DNA from: the human T2T-CHM13v2.0 reference genome, Homo sapiens
Strand: one strand, 5' to 3'
Assembly: GCF_009914755.1 (NCBI RefSeq)
Contig: NC_060936.1
DNA: 64,000 bases
A program made the translations under genes and the position numbers. This document shows, piece by piece, positions 49,450-64,000 of the stretch. The notes beneath the pieces were generated by a model. That model had not been told where the DNA came from, did no database searches, and saw nothing but the letters and a program-made list of their open reading frames with translations. How positions within the stretch are numbered: the stretch's first letter is position 1; every line of letters starts with the position of its first letter.

Positions 49450-49759
49450 CTTTTCTTTTTTTTTTTTTTTGAGACAGAGTTTCACTCTTGTCGCCCAGGC
49501 TGGGGTGCAATGAATGGCGCTATCTCAGCTCACTGCAACCTCTGCCTCTCAGGTTCAAGCGATCCTCCTACCTCAGCCTCCTGAGTAGCTGGGATTACAG
49601 GTGTGTGCCACCATGACTAGCTAATTTTTTTGTATTTTTGGTAGAGACAGGGTTTAACCATGTTGGCCAGGTTGGTCTGGAACTCCTGACCTCAGGTAAT
49701 CTGCCCACTTCAGCCTCCCAAAGTGCTGGGTTTACAGGCATGAGTCCCCGCACCCGGCC
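49450..49759 (-). mobile_element. AluS
   Basis: TSD-like tgtgagtt(c/a)tttt. Confidence 0.88.
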
Positions 49760-50277
49760 TGTGAGTTATTTTCATAAATAATTTTCAAGAGTAGATCACT
49801 GCATAGCCAAGCAGAAGATCCTGAGTGGACACCCCCTCCTCCGGGGTTACAGTGCGTGTGTGTGGCTGTCAGCCAATCGGCTTTTCCGCAGCTCCCAGCT
49901 GAAACCTGTGTGAAACCTGCAGCACCTGGGCTGGAAGGATCTGCCTCAGGGACACTCAGGTCTGCAAGTCCTGCTGTGTAGCTCTCCAGTGCATTTGATA
50001 AGGTGCCCGGTGTCAGATTCCAGAGCCATGGCTGATGTCCGGCATGGCATGTCAGGGCGGGCACGGCTCTCCTCCTCCGTGTGAGTGTCTGGCCCTGCCT
50101 TCCTGTGTGCGGCATCGTCCTGAGGTCGGTGGGAATTGCTGCAGTGGATCCGGGCTCCCCATGCGACCTGGGTGGCCTCAGAGGCTGGAGGGGGCAGTCG
50201 TTCCTAGTGTTCTCTTCTTAGAAGGAGGAAACCACTTTTTCCAGAAGACACTGACTGCTGATCTCTCCCTCCCATCT

Positions 50278-50824
50278 TGTTACGGGAAAGGGGTCCCAAT
50301 CCAGACCCCAAGAGAGGGTTCTTGGATCTGTCGCAAGGAAGAATTCAGGGTGAGTCCGTAAAGTGAAAGCGAGTTTATTAGGAAAGTGAGGGAGTAGAAG
50401 AATGGCTACTCCGTAGACAGAGCACCGTGAGAGCCGCTGTTTGCCCATTTTTATGGTATTTCTTGATGATATGCTAAACAAGGGGTGGATTATTCATGCC
50501 TCCCCTGTTTAGACCATATAGGGCAATTTCCTGAGGTTGCCATAGCATTTGTAAACTGTCATGGGGCTGGCGGGAGTGTAGCAGTGAGGACAACCAGAGG
50601 TCATGCTCATCGTCCTCTTGGTTTTGGTGGGTTTCCGCTGGCTGCTTTACTGCAAACTGTTTCATCAGCAAGGTCTCTGTGACCTGTGTCTTGTGCCGAC
50701 CTCCTATCTCATCCTGTGACTTAGAATGCCTTAGCCTCCTGGGAATGCAGCCCAGCAGGTCTCAGCCTCAGTTTACCCAGCTGCTATTCAAGATGGAGTT
50801 CCTCTGGTTCAAACGCCTCTGACA
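50278..50824 (-). mobile_element. MER41A-type ERV1 solo LTR
   Basis: Minus strand starts TGTCAGAGGCGTTTGAACCAGAG and ends ...CCCGTAACA; 4-bp TSD ATCT. Lacks the MER41B GAS-containing insert. Confidence 0.88.
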
Positions 50825-51164
50825 ATCTCAGTGGCCAGACTTGGGTCAAACGTTGGCAGGGGAGAACAGGGTAACAGTGTTCATTCTCTACTGCATGTAA
50901 CAAATCACCACAAACTCAGCAGCTTGAAGCCACACCTGCCTGCTGTCTGGCAGTTTCTACAGGTCCAGGCTCTGGGCACAGCCCAGGTGGGTCCTCGGCT
51001 TGGGGCCTCATGTCCCACCAGTCCCTCTCGGTGGCTGGGCCACATTCTCCTCTAGGGCACGGTTGGTGGCTGGGTTCAGTTTCTTGTGACTGTGGGACTA
51101 AGGCCATTGTTCTCTCGCTGGTTGTTGGCCAGGGGCCACCCTCAGCTCTTAGAAGCTGCCAGGA

Positions 51165-51734
<570 letters not shown>

Positions 51735-52073
51735 TGGTTTCTTGCCCCACGGCCTGGCAACATAGGGTGTCCCCTGCTCTGCTTTGCTGAGATGAAGTCC
51801 TGTGTGACACCACCCTGTCGAGGGAGCCACATCCCGGGACCTTTGCCATATTCTGTTGGTTGGAGGCAAGTCCACCCACACTCACGTCACAGGTGGGGGT
51901 GGCTGGGGTCAGCCCAGGGTGTGTCTGCGACCCCACAACAGGCTCGGACAAATCAGGACCAACTTTTGGAAGTGGAGACAGGGTCTTCTTCCCAGACCAT
52001 GTTGTAAAGGGGTAGAACTTCAAACATTCACGGTTCTCTTGTTGAAGAGGAGGAGCTGAGTGCCTGGCAAGAG

Positions 52074-52600
52074 TGTCAGTTATACATCACTGTGTAACTA
52101 AGAATCCCAAAAGTCAGTGCCTTACAACTACCGCCATTTGATTTGTTTGCAGTTTTCCGAGTCTGCAGTTTGAGCTGGATTCGCGGGGTGGTGCTTCTGC
52201 TGATCTGGTGAGTGGCCTGGGGCCACTGGTCCAGCAAGAGTCTTCTGGCGGCTGGCCTGGAGCTGGATGTTCCGAGACGGCCTCACTCATGGTGCTGGTC
52301 ACTGCTCAGTGTCCCTGTTCACATGGCCTCCCTTCCCCCAGGAGACTAGCCCAGGCTTTGCTTTACCTGGTGGTCTCCAGGGCCGGGGCGCATGGAAGCT
52401 ATAAGGGCTTTTGAAGCTTTGCGTGGAAGGCAGACGGCATCACTTCCGATATATCCTGTCAGTCAAAGCAAATTACCCGAACAAGTCAGATTCATCGGGG
52501 GCGGGGTGGGGAATAGACCACACCCACTCAACGGGGACAGTGGCAGTGTCATATCGCAAAGAGATGTGCATACAGGGATAGAGGGTGTGGCCATCTTTGC
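52074..52600 (-). mobile_element. Old MLT1 LTR
   Basis: tgtcagttatacatcactgtgtaac...catcacttcc...gaatagaccacacccactc. Confidence 0.55.
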
Positions 52601-54344
52601 AAACCATCTTCGCTGGTAAGCACACGACAGTCTGTGTCCACATGGATTTCTCACGTCTACAGGCGCGTGTCCAGCAGATTCCCGATGCAGCCACACAGGA
52701 GCTTTTAGTCCAGAAGAAAATCCCAGAGCCTCAGGGAGTGACTTAGGATTCAAGAGAGATTTTTGCTTTTGCTAATGGTTTTCCTTTCCTTTCTTTCTGC
52801 CACTCATCCAGGGTTTTAAGCCAGCAGCCAAGACGTTGCTTACTCATAACCCCCCTCTCTCTTGCTTTATTTAAGTCTATGTTTTTTCGTTCACTTTTCC
52901 ATGCGGAGAGAAAAGAAGAGTGTGTTTTATCACAATCTGTTCCTAGAAACTCTTTTATTGAGGATTTGGTTGTAAAAGGGCCATGCATTCTGTAGGAATA
53001 GTAAGCAGAGCGGGGAAGGAGGGGGTTGGGTTTCCACCAAAGTCTCCACGTCAGATAAATCAAAGATATGACCAGCATCATAAAATAATATACCCAGCTA
53101 TAAGCATCTCAAATGATTTTAATAAGAATGTTGTTCTACCCTGAAACGGGAATAAACATATTTTTAATTATAAAACGACCACCAATTTACTATGAAGTAT
53201 AAACGTAATCTATAAACATATAATTCTACTGTACGATAAATATTGCTATTTATATTGCCAGCTATAAAAGGCACTCAACATTTAATTAACAATAATTTTG
53301 AGAATATGTTTATGTGCCTTTTAAACAGCAAAAGCACTCTATGTTGATCTTAGGCATTGCTGCCTTCTTGGAATTTACATGGGCTGTGGGGGAATAACCA
53401 TGGTAATGAGAGCTAAGTATGTGCCGGGCTTTGCTCAAAATTCTTTGTTTGCAGTAACTCATTTGCTATCCTCTCAACACCCTAGGAAAGAGGTATGTGA
53501 TTACCCCTGATTGACAGTTGAGGAGCTGAGGCTTGGGGAGGGTAAGAAATTGACCCACTGCCGCTCACGTGAAGGGTAGGGTGTGGATTTAAACCCACGC
53601 CTCCCGTGTCAAGAACTCTGCTGTTGACTTACACACGCGCATGGAGAGTAACGACTGGTCCCCTCCTCTCCCTGAATACCCTTTAACAGTGAAAATACTT
53701 CTAATTTTTTTTCCAATCCTGAAGGGCTTTGATATTAAAACCAGGTCAGCAGGAGCACTCTTTCATTGCTGCACCAAGGGTCTGCAAGCCTTCTTCAGTA
53801 ATGAGCATAAACGGAAACACAGCCCGAAGCTGAGCCGCGGGAGGAAAGGCCAGAAAAGCAAAGAGCTGATAAACCCCCCTCCCTCCCTTCTTCATGCTGG
53901 GAGCCCCTGGGACTTGGGGTAGGGCTGGGTTTACCGATTAAGTATGCATCACTCCTCTACAGATGGGAAATGTGGTGCTCAGAGAGGCTCACTAGCTTGC
54001 CCAAGGCCACACAGCAAAGTGAGGTCGTTCAGAAGAAATTGAACCCAGGTCTGGCTCTGAAGCACTAGTGCTTTCCACTAAAGCAGATACCACCCGTATT
54101 GTGAAGACAGGCTTGGCTCTGCACCCAGGGAAGAGGACAGAACAACACAAAGGAAAAGAAATGGGCTGGGGGTCATATTGTATGGGGCTCAGACTCTGGG
54201 GTAACACCTAATTTCACATCTGAGGCTCCACTCATGAGAGGGAAGACATTGTGGATCTGAGAGTCCTTGGGAAGACAGCTGGTCTTGTTGATTGAGGGAA
54301 GGGAGTTGATGGCTCCAGTATTTTTCGTGATGTTCATCCCAGCA

Positions 54345-54422
54345 TATGTGTGCGTGTGTGTGCATGTGTGTGCATATGTGTGTGTGCATGTATGTGTGCG
54401 TGTGTGTGTGTGTGCATATATA
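54345..54422. repeat. (TG)n-rich microsatellite
   Basis: Direct observation. Confidence 0.9.
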
Positions 54423-54604
54423 TTATTTCCTACTCAGTCTCAGTGTTTGCATTAACTCCCATCCCTCCTAAAAGTCACTCTCTCCAGGCCCAGGAGGCAG
54501 ACAAGGGCAAGGCCAGCAGCCAATGCAGACACAGGATCTTGGGTGCATTTGCAAAATCTCCCTTCATCAGTGATTTATGTCTACTTCTCCTTCCTTTTTT
54601 GCAG

Positions 54605-54766
54605 GAGTTTGTTCATCTGGCAAAGAGACTGGTTAGTGATCCTGCATTAGAAAAGGAAATCGTAGTGAACGGAAGGGAATACGTGAGAATGTATCATTCA
54701 TGGCAGGTGGAAAGAGACACCTACCAACAGCTCATCAGGAAGCTGGAAGGAAGCACTGAAGATTGA
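54605..54766 (+). CDS. GLT1D1: GLT1D1 last coding exon ([53 protein letters not shown])
   Basis: Acceptor ttctccttccttttttgcag; 53 codons then TGA; C-terminal part of ORF 54350..54766. Confidence 0.95.
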   Translation, partial: EFVHLAKRLVSDPALEKEIVVNGREYVRMYHSWQVERDTYQQLIRKLEGSTED

Positions 54767-54861
54767 GGGCCCCGCCTCATCAGACACCTGCTCTCTGACA
54801 CACAGCTCTGGGTGCACACTCAGAGACAGAGTTCTGGGTCACGTGGGCCCAGTGCAGTTCA

Positions 54862-54867
54862 AATAAA
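54862..54867 (+). terminator. Candidate proximal polyadenylation signal AATAAA
   Basis: AATAAA ~95 nt after the stop codon; downstream GU element is weak. Confidence 0.35.
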
Positions 54868-56612
54868 ACCAGCCTCAGCGGAATCCTAGAAAATGTTAGT
54901 CGTGAGTCCCCAGAGCCACTGCATTCATCCCATATCCTTCTGTGCGTTCAGATGCTGTCCCAGGCGTGTTCACCAGCCAGTCCTGATGGAGGTGCATGAG
55001 TGACTGGGTTGACTGGGACAGGGAAAGGGGAACTGGTTTTCAGGGAATTTGGGAGAGAATTTGATTACCTGCCTTAGGGCTTTGGTGTGGACAATAGAGG
55101 CTTATTTTCAAGCAGTCATGGTTCAGACTCCTCCCGCCTGCCTTCTGACCAACCTCTCCCCATCGTTGCCAGTTTGAAAGGCAAAAGCAAAACAGACGTG
55201 TCAGCTGAGCCGAGTCCTCGCAGGATTTTTGTTGTGATCTCAGGACTCTGACAGGCACGTGGGTGACCCGAGGCTTCTCTGAACACTAGAAAGCGCTGTG
55301 AGTGAGCTCACGCCCGGCACAGCTCACTTTTCAATGGTGGAATTGAAAGTTGTGCTTTTTAGAAAAGTGGCCAGGCTGCCCGCAGGCCCCGCCCACCTCT
55401 TGGCTGAATTTGAGTGGAAAACCAGGAAGGAACAAGCGCCACGTCACGCATAGCCTGCAAATCGCCCGCGTGACCCTGAGATGGAGGCCTGAGGCTTTGG
55501 GTCCAGGGTGGGCTCTTCCCCTTCCCACATCAGGGACCCGGGGATGGATGTCGGAAGGGTCACCAGCCTCCAGCCTTTGGCAGGATGGAGCTTGGGTCTG
55601 CAGGGCTTTGCAGCCACACAGCGAGGTCAGTCCGGGGCCAGCCGCGCCATCATGGTAATGGTGGCCTCGCCCCATCCATGTCATCCATGTCACATGAGGA
55701 CGTGCAGTCTTCCTTGTCCTCTCCTAGTGGAATTTGCCTGGGAGAACCTCCACTGAATACTGAAATTGTTGCATGCCTGTGGATTCCTTACGACAATGGG
55801 GAACGCGGTGTTTCCCACCTCTTGTGGGTAGAAAGCAGTCTGCTTTGAGGAGGCGAGAAGGCAAAGCCAGGGCAGGGCGTTGCTGTGGGAAGCGTTCGGT
55901 GAAAGCGGGTTTCGACGCTTAGGAGGGCCGAGGGAGAAGATTCCACCAGCATTGTCCTTGCTTCAAGTTTTAGGATGTCTGAACTTTCAGCTTTCATGTT
56001 TTCAACCATCATTTTTTTAATGGCACAACCTACATCTTGTTTTTAAAAGAAGTAGCCTCAAATTAAACTCCTTAAACTCTGATGCCCTGGGGATGAGAAC
56101 AACTAGCTTGGATCTCGTGCCGTGTAATTCAATGTTTCATTCCGCTGCCTCCATCATGTAATAGAATCGCTTTCCAGAAAGGCAGTTAACTGGAAGCAGC
56201 AGAGGCTCCCAGCCGTGAGAGGACTGCTCAACAATGCCCCCCATCGCCGCCCCCCCACCCCTCGCACCCCTTGTGTTTTCCCTCTGAGGGGCCCAAGGGT
56301 TATGGCTTTCATGTCTAGGTGTGGGGACAGAGGAGGGAGAGGCAGATCCTGGGCCGGGAGAGGATGGCCTGGTCTGAATCTGGAGTAATTAATGCCACCC
56401 AAAGAAAAGGCCCTGCCAGGTCCAATGTTGTCTTAGATCTGATGATGCTGCTATTTACAAAACACTGATCGTCCGAAAGCTTGAATCTGTTCCTCCTCGA
56501 ATGACCCTGTAGATGCCTGACCTCCACCGTACCTCCACATCACTATTCATGTCCTTCTAGGAAAATGTGCACATGCCTCACGCACTATGTGGGAAGGGCG
56601 TGTTTTTAAATT

Positions 56613-56618
56613 AATAAA
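56613..56618 (+). terminator. Distal polyadenylation signal AATAAA
   Basis: ttAATAAAgtgtgtcaccattagcca, with a U-rich upstream element and a pyrimidine-rich downstream element. Confidence 0.75.
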
Positions 56619-56872
56619 GTGTGTCACCATTAGCCATACGAAAATAGCCTCTCTTTCTTCCCACGGTGAGCAGTGTTCTGCAAGGAGCAGGCCCCTTCCC
56701 CACCCGCCAGGCCCCGCGTCTTCAAAGGAAGTACAGACACTCAAGCATCTAGTTAAGAGGGGGTTAAAATGCAGCCACTATTTTAATACCCAAGTATAGA
56801 TGTAAAACCAGGGCTTTTCCATGAGGGTTCTACAGGTGTTAGTTTCATACTTGGTTCACTTTATGTTTAAAC

Positions 56873-58030
<1,158 letters not shown>

Positions 58031-58167
58031 ATGTTCAGACATTTTGTGTGTAGTTTTTAGTTTGCTGACGTACAGGTTTGAATGACTCAAAAATACATTT
58101 CAGGATAAAATTGAGATACTATAACCTTTACATATTGAGGGAAATACTTTCAATAAAAATAACACTA

Positions 58168-58475
<308 letters not shown>

Positions 58476-58476
58476 C

Positions 58477-58890
58477 TATATATACATATGTGTGTGTGTA
58501 TATATAAATACACATATGTATATATACATATATGTATTTGTAAGTATACATATATACACACTACACACAATATAAGATATGCATATATGTATATATACAC
58601 ATATATAGATATATACACATACATGTGCGTATATATAGATATATACACATACATGTGCGTAGAGATATATACACATACATGTGCGTATATAGAGATATAT
58701 ACACATATACATGTGCGTATATATAGATGTGTGTATATACATGTGCGTATATATAGATGTGTGTATATACATGTGTGTATATATAGATGTGTGTATATAC
58801 GTGTGTCTATTACACTGTGTATATGTACATGTGTGTATATTACACGTGTGTTTATATTATATATACACGTGTGTGTATATATATATCTCT
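58477..58890. repeat. AT-rich compound micro/minisatellite (TA/CA/TG; ~28-bp units)
   Basis: Variants of atatagatatatacacatacatgtgcgt. Confidence 0.92.
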
Positions 58891-59882
58891 AATAACTTAG
58901 TGTCGTGTAGCAGAGAGGCATTGCTGACACTCGGCTGAAGGTCCGAGTGATGAGTTGAGGCTTACAGCTTCTCCTTAAATACCAGTGTTCAGCCCTTTCC
59001 CACACTCTCACAGTAAAGCAGTAAGACAGAGTACCTTTTCCACCTTCAAAGGTTCATCGTGCATCTTAAAGTTTAAAAAACCAGACTGCATAGGCTCCCC
59101 TTGTCAATGGGATTACACGGGCACAGCCAGACCCCTTGCCAGCCCCACAGATCTGGAAAATGTGGTGAAGACTGCACTCCCTGTGTACGGTTAAGGATGG
59201 AATTTTGAAAACATTTGAGCTCACAGCAGGTGTCTTGGTGTCGTGTTAATTGCCTTCCTCTTTTGGCCTCTGCAGTAGTACTTTGCATGGAGCTACAGGA
59301 CCTCTTCCCTTGAAGGGTCCCTGGTGGTTGAACTTGTCTTCTTTAGCATTTATCTGGAGCTTCTTATGAGACGGGAGAGCTAGCTCTTCTTATCCATTTT
59401 CTGATGAAGAAACGTTTGTCTTCTCCTTCCTCACCTCCCTCCCTCTCTCCTTCTTTCTTTGTTTCCTTGCATCTTCCCAGTCCCCACCCTCACTTCCCCT
59501 CTCTGATTCTAATGTCACTTTAAAGGGTCAGTCATTGGTAGGAGCTGATGTGGGAATGCTGTGAGCAGAGATCCCCGTACCTGGGATCAGCCGTACCTGG
59601 CAGGACCACTTGAAACAGTGGCTCCCAGCCTTGTCTTTGAGAAATCTGGATGCTCAGGTGGTGTCCCTGACCAAAGGCATCAGACTCTCAGGGGAGACCC
59701 AGGCCCGAAACACCCCAGTGACCCAGTGTGCAGCAGAAGCTGACAACTGCTGACTTACCTCATCCCTTCGAATACGGACCAGAGTTTCATGGAAAACAAG
59801 GACAGTCTAAGAAAAGGTTGGATTGTGACTTCATACTGAAAAATGAAGCCCAAAATTATGAAAATAGGTTAAATCTGTCCTA

Positions 59883-60240
<358 letters not shown>

Positions 60241-60271
60241 ACATTAAAGACCTTATAAGGCTGAGAGATAC

Positions 60272-60599
60272 TTCTTTTTCCTTTTCTTTTCTTTCTCTCT
60301 TTTTTTTTTTTTTTTTTTGAGACGGAGTCTCGCCCCGTCGCCCAGGCTAGAATGCAGTGGTGTGATCTCGACTCACTGAACCTCTGACTCCTGGGTTCAA
60401 GCGATTCTCCTGCCTCAGCCTCTCAAGTAGCTGGGACTGCAGACAAGCACCACCATGCCTGGCTAATTTTTGTATTTTAGCAGAGACAGGATTTTGTCAT
60501 GTTGGCCAGGCTGGTCTTAAACTCCTGGCCTCAAGTGATCTGCTCACCTCGGCTGCCCAAAGTGCTGGGATTTCAGGCATGAGCCACTGTGCCCAGCCA
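60272..60599 (-). mobile_element. AluS
   Basis: Full dimer. Confidence 0.85.
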
Positions 60600-61749
60600 G
60601 GCCAAGAGATATTTCATACAACTAAGTAAGAAACAACATGCCAGTACCTCATCGATACCCCCCAGAGATTCTCTCCTTCCTTTGAAATTGAAGTTTTCTT
60701 CCGCGAGTCCTGTCCCCCTTATCCTCCTTCTGGGTTTTTCTTCAATTGTTAGCCGGTTTCCAGCACTGTCAGAGCCTCACGTGCCTGTGGTCCAAGTAAT
60801 TCTCCAACATCGATTTCACCAATTTCAGCAAATCCTGCATCTTTTGCAACCTTTGCAATTTTACTTTTCAGTGTATTTACATCCTGTTAGTATTTTAAAC
60901 ATTTTACACACCTAAGAGTCAGGAGGAGGGACCGACTTGACACTGCTATGGAGTGGGAGGGTATCAGGATGACATTTGGTTAAAACAGACATAAGATCCA
61001 TAATAAACAGTGGCTTAAGCAAAAGAGGATGCATATTTTCTCTCTCTCAAGAGATTCACCGAGCAGGTATGGGGCAAAGATCCAGGCTCTTTCCATCCTG
61101 TTCTTCCATCCTCAGTTTGTGGCTGTCTCTACCTCATGGTGCAAGGTGGCTGCCCATGCTCCAGCATCATGCCTGAATTCCAGGCTGCAGGAAAATGGAA
61201 GGCAGGAATGAAGACATCTCTCTCCTTCCTTCCAGGACAATCTCCACCTCCACTTACATCCCATGGCCACACCTAGCTGCAAGGGAATCTTGGAAATGCA
61301 GGGTATTCTGAGCAGCCATGTGCCTGGTTGAAAAGCTGGGATCTATGACAAAAAAAGGGAGAATGCATACTTTAGGGGCAGCTTGAAGTTGCAGCTGCTA
61401 TTGAGACAAACTGGTTTTAGTGTCTGCAGCAGTTACAGGCATCCTACTTTTTATTAATCACTAAATACCTTTTAATGCCAAGAAAACTGTTTTCCAGCAG
61501 GTTTTAATTTAGCCTTTGAGTCCACTGTGACACAGCTCACCTTTCTTCCCCAAGATCCTCATTTGTAAAATGAGTCCTCAGCCAACTGCTTCTACTGATT
61601 AGTGCTTCAAACCCTGCAGCTCCTAAATTAAAAACTCAGAGTGAAAGAGTGCAGGGGTTTTCATCTGAATCTCCTCAGATGTCCCTCCGTGTTAAGTGAG
61701 ACACAATCCTGGAAAACACAACACAATTAAATGTATCGACTATATATAA

Positions 61750-62069
<320 letters not shown>

Positions 62070-62665
62070 TAATTTTGACCCTTGTAAATGTTTTTATGAC
62101 TACCCTGAATGACTAAGTACATTCTTGTTCCTGTTGGAGGGTCTTAGGAAATAGAAATCTCTTCTGAAGGGATCCATGAGTCAGAGCTTGACTAAAACAA
62201 ATCAAGAATTGACATTAAAAATGAGATAAAATGGAAGTCCATCTTGTGCAGAGTGTAGGTTCTAGAGGTAGCATTTAAAACCAAAATCTCGTATAGTCAA
62301 CATTCTCCTTGAAAACTCCCCACACGCACGGCACGTCTGATCGCATATGTACAGCCCTGCACATCATATCCTATGCACAGTCAAGATTTTCAGCCCCTGA
62401 GCTCAGTGGAAGAAAGTCAACCTCTGACTGTCTGACTCTCCAAGCCATTCTGTTTTGAGGTACAGAACTGAGTCTCCAGCAGGAAATGTGGAAATATTCC
62501 CATTTTCCTGTGGGGTTTATTTTATCCTGTTTGACAGTGGCTATATAACCATTCATTCATTCATTCTACAAATTTTTATTAGAATAATTGGCTCAGGCTG
62601 TGTTTTGGGGGCTGGGGTTACCTTGCAGGGGTGCTTCACAATTAGTATTAATTAAATCGTGTTAG

Positions 62666-62968
<303 letters not shown>

Positions 62969-63607
62969 ATTAATGCATTCTCATGGAAAGTGTTCCATAA
63001 TGTTACAGAGTCATCTCTAATGAAGAAGGTAGGATCAAAAGTCATTGAGAACATGACCTAAGAGCTATTCAGCCTCAACAATTTTTCAGGATAAAAACCA
63101 CATCCAAGAGGCTGCAAGTAATTTCTAAGAGAATCTTTGTAGAGTAAAGGAATTTCTGGGAAAAATGAATACAAAAAAGGGGGAGGGGTTTATTGAAAGG
63201 AATGACTTCATCTGCCTCTGCGGCCACAATCTATTTTAAAGAGATTATTTTATAATTTACTTCTTTCAGACTCATAAATAGTCCTTAAAAATTTAGGCTG
63301 AGAGAATTGTCCTCCTAAAATATAACATCATTCTGCTAAATTACAAAAGCTTCAAAAGCTTTCTCCTTAGAAAAGAAGAAGAAAAAAAAAACAACCATAG
63401 TCATGCCTTTTTCATTAGAGGCCTTTAAAATCACCCTAAGCACTTTGGAAAGCTTCAACTAGTAGAACAGTCATGCTTCGTTGAAAACAGATTGTTGTCT
63501 TTAGCATCTGTATTTTCATTTTACCATCTAATATAAAAATATGGTAGAAAGGTTAATAGCCAGACGTTTACAAGAATCCAGAGATCGGGGTGCCAAGAAG
63601 TATAATT

Positions 63608-64000
63608 CAGCGGTCCCCAAACTTTTTGGCAGCAGGGACCGGTTTCATGGAAGATAACTTTCCCATGGACTGGGGTTGGGGGTGGATGTGGTTTGGGGAT
63701 GATTCAAGTGCATTGCATTTATCGTCCACTTTATTATTATTACATTGTAACATATGATGAAATAATTCTACAACTCACCATAATGTAGAATCGTTGGGAG
63801 TGCTGAGCTTGTTTTCCTGCAACTAGATGGTCCTATCTGGGTGTGACGGGAGACAGTGACAGATGATCAGGCATTAGATTCTCATAAGGAGCACACAACC
63901 TAGATCCCTCACATGTGTAGTTCACAATGAGGTCCATGCTTCTGTGAGAATCTAATACTGCTGCTGATCTGACTGGAGGTGGATCGTGGTAATGTGAACA
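63608..64000 (+). mobile_element. MER1A-like hAT-Charlie MITE, cut by the window end
   Basis: cagcggtccccaaactttttggcagcagggaccggtttcatggaaga...gcattagattctcataaggagc. Confidence 0.82.

Larger units (their letters stand above)
54767..56640 (+). other. GLT1D1: GLT1D1 3' UTR
   Basis: Repeat-free sequence from the stop codon to the distal AATAAA; Alu/L1 sequence resumes at ~56870. Confidence 0.75.

Noticed and set aside
50278-50824. MER41 as an interferon-gamma/STAT1-inducible enhancer
   Set aside because: This copy reads ...aggggagg|catgaataatcc on its own strand and lacks the TTCCnGGAA-containing segment I recall from MER41B, so it is the A-type without tandem GAS sites.
54350-54604. N-terminal extension of the ORF containing the last exon
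   Set aside because: Intronic (TG)n sequence; homology begins only at the acceptor at 54605.

Overview
Human (or great-ape) genomic DNA, repeat-rich with about 45 Alu copies plus L1, MaLR/ERV LTRs and MER DNA transposons. It holds the 3' half of GLT1D1 on the + strand: four coding exons (16952-16995, 18963-19083, 29189-29287, 54605-54766) that splice in frame, and a ~1.9 kb 3' UTR ending near 56640. About 7 kb of downstream flank follows. An antisense AK3 processed pseudogene (13708-16923), itself interrupted by an Alu and a truncated L1, sits ~28 nt upstream of the 44-nt exon. Almost all ORF-track entries are repeat or low-complexity artefacts. I see no convincing new multi-gene system. The best unexplained signals are: (i) the retrocopy's target-site duplication copies the exon's predicted branch point; (ii) a ~100-bp, ~92%-identical non-Alu inverted repeat in the intron after the 121-nt exon, with several A-C mismatches; (iii) a CpG-dense NRF1/YY1/ETS/CRE-like motif cluster in the first intron shown; (iv) several templated duplications and atypical retrotransposition junctions. 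Repeat subfamily names and the gene identities come from recall of consensus and protein sequences, not from database searches.
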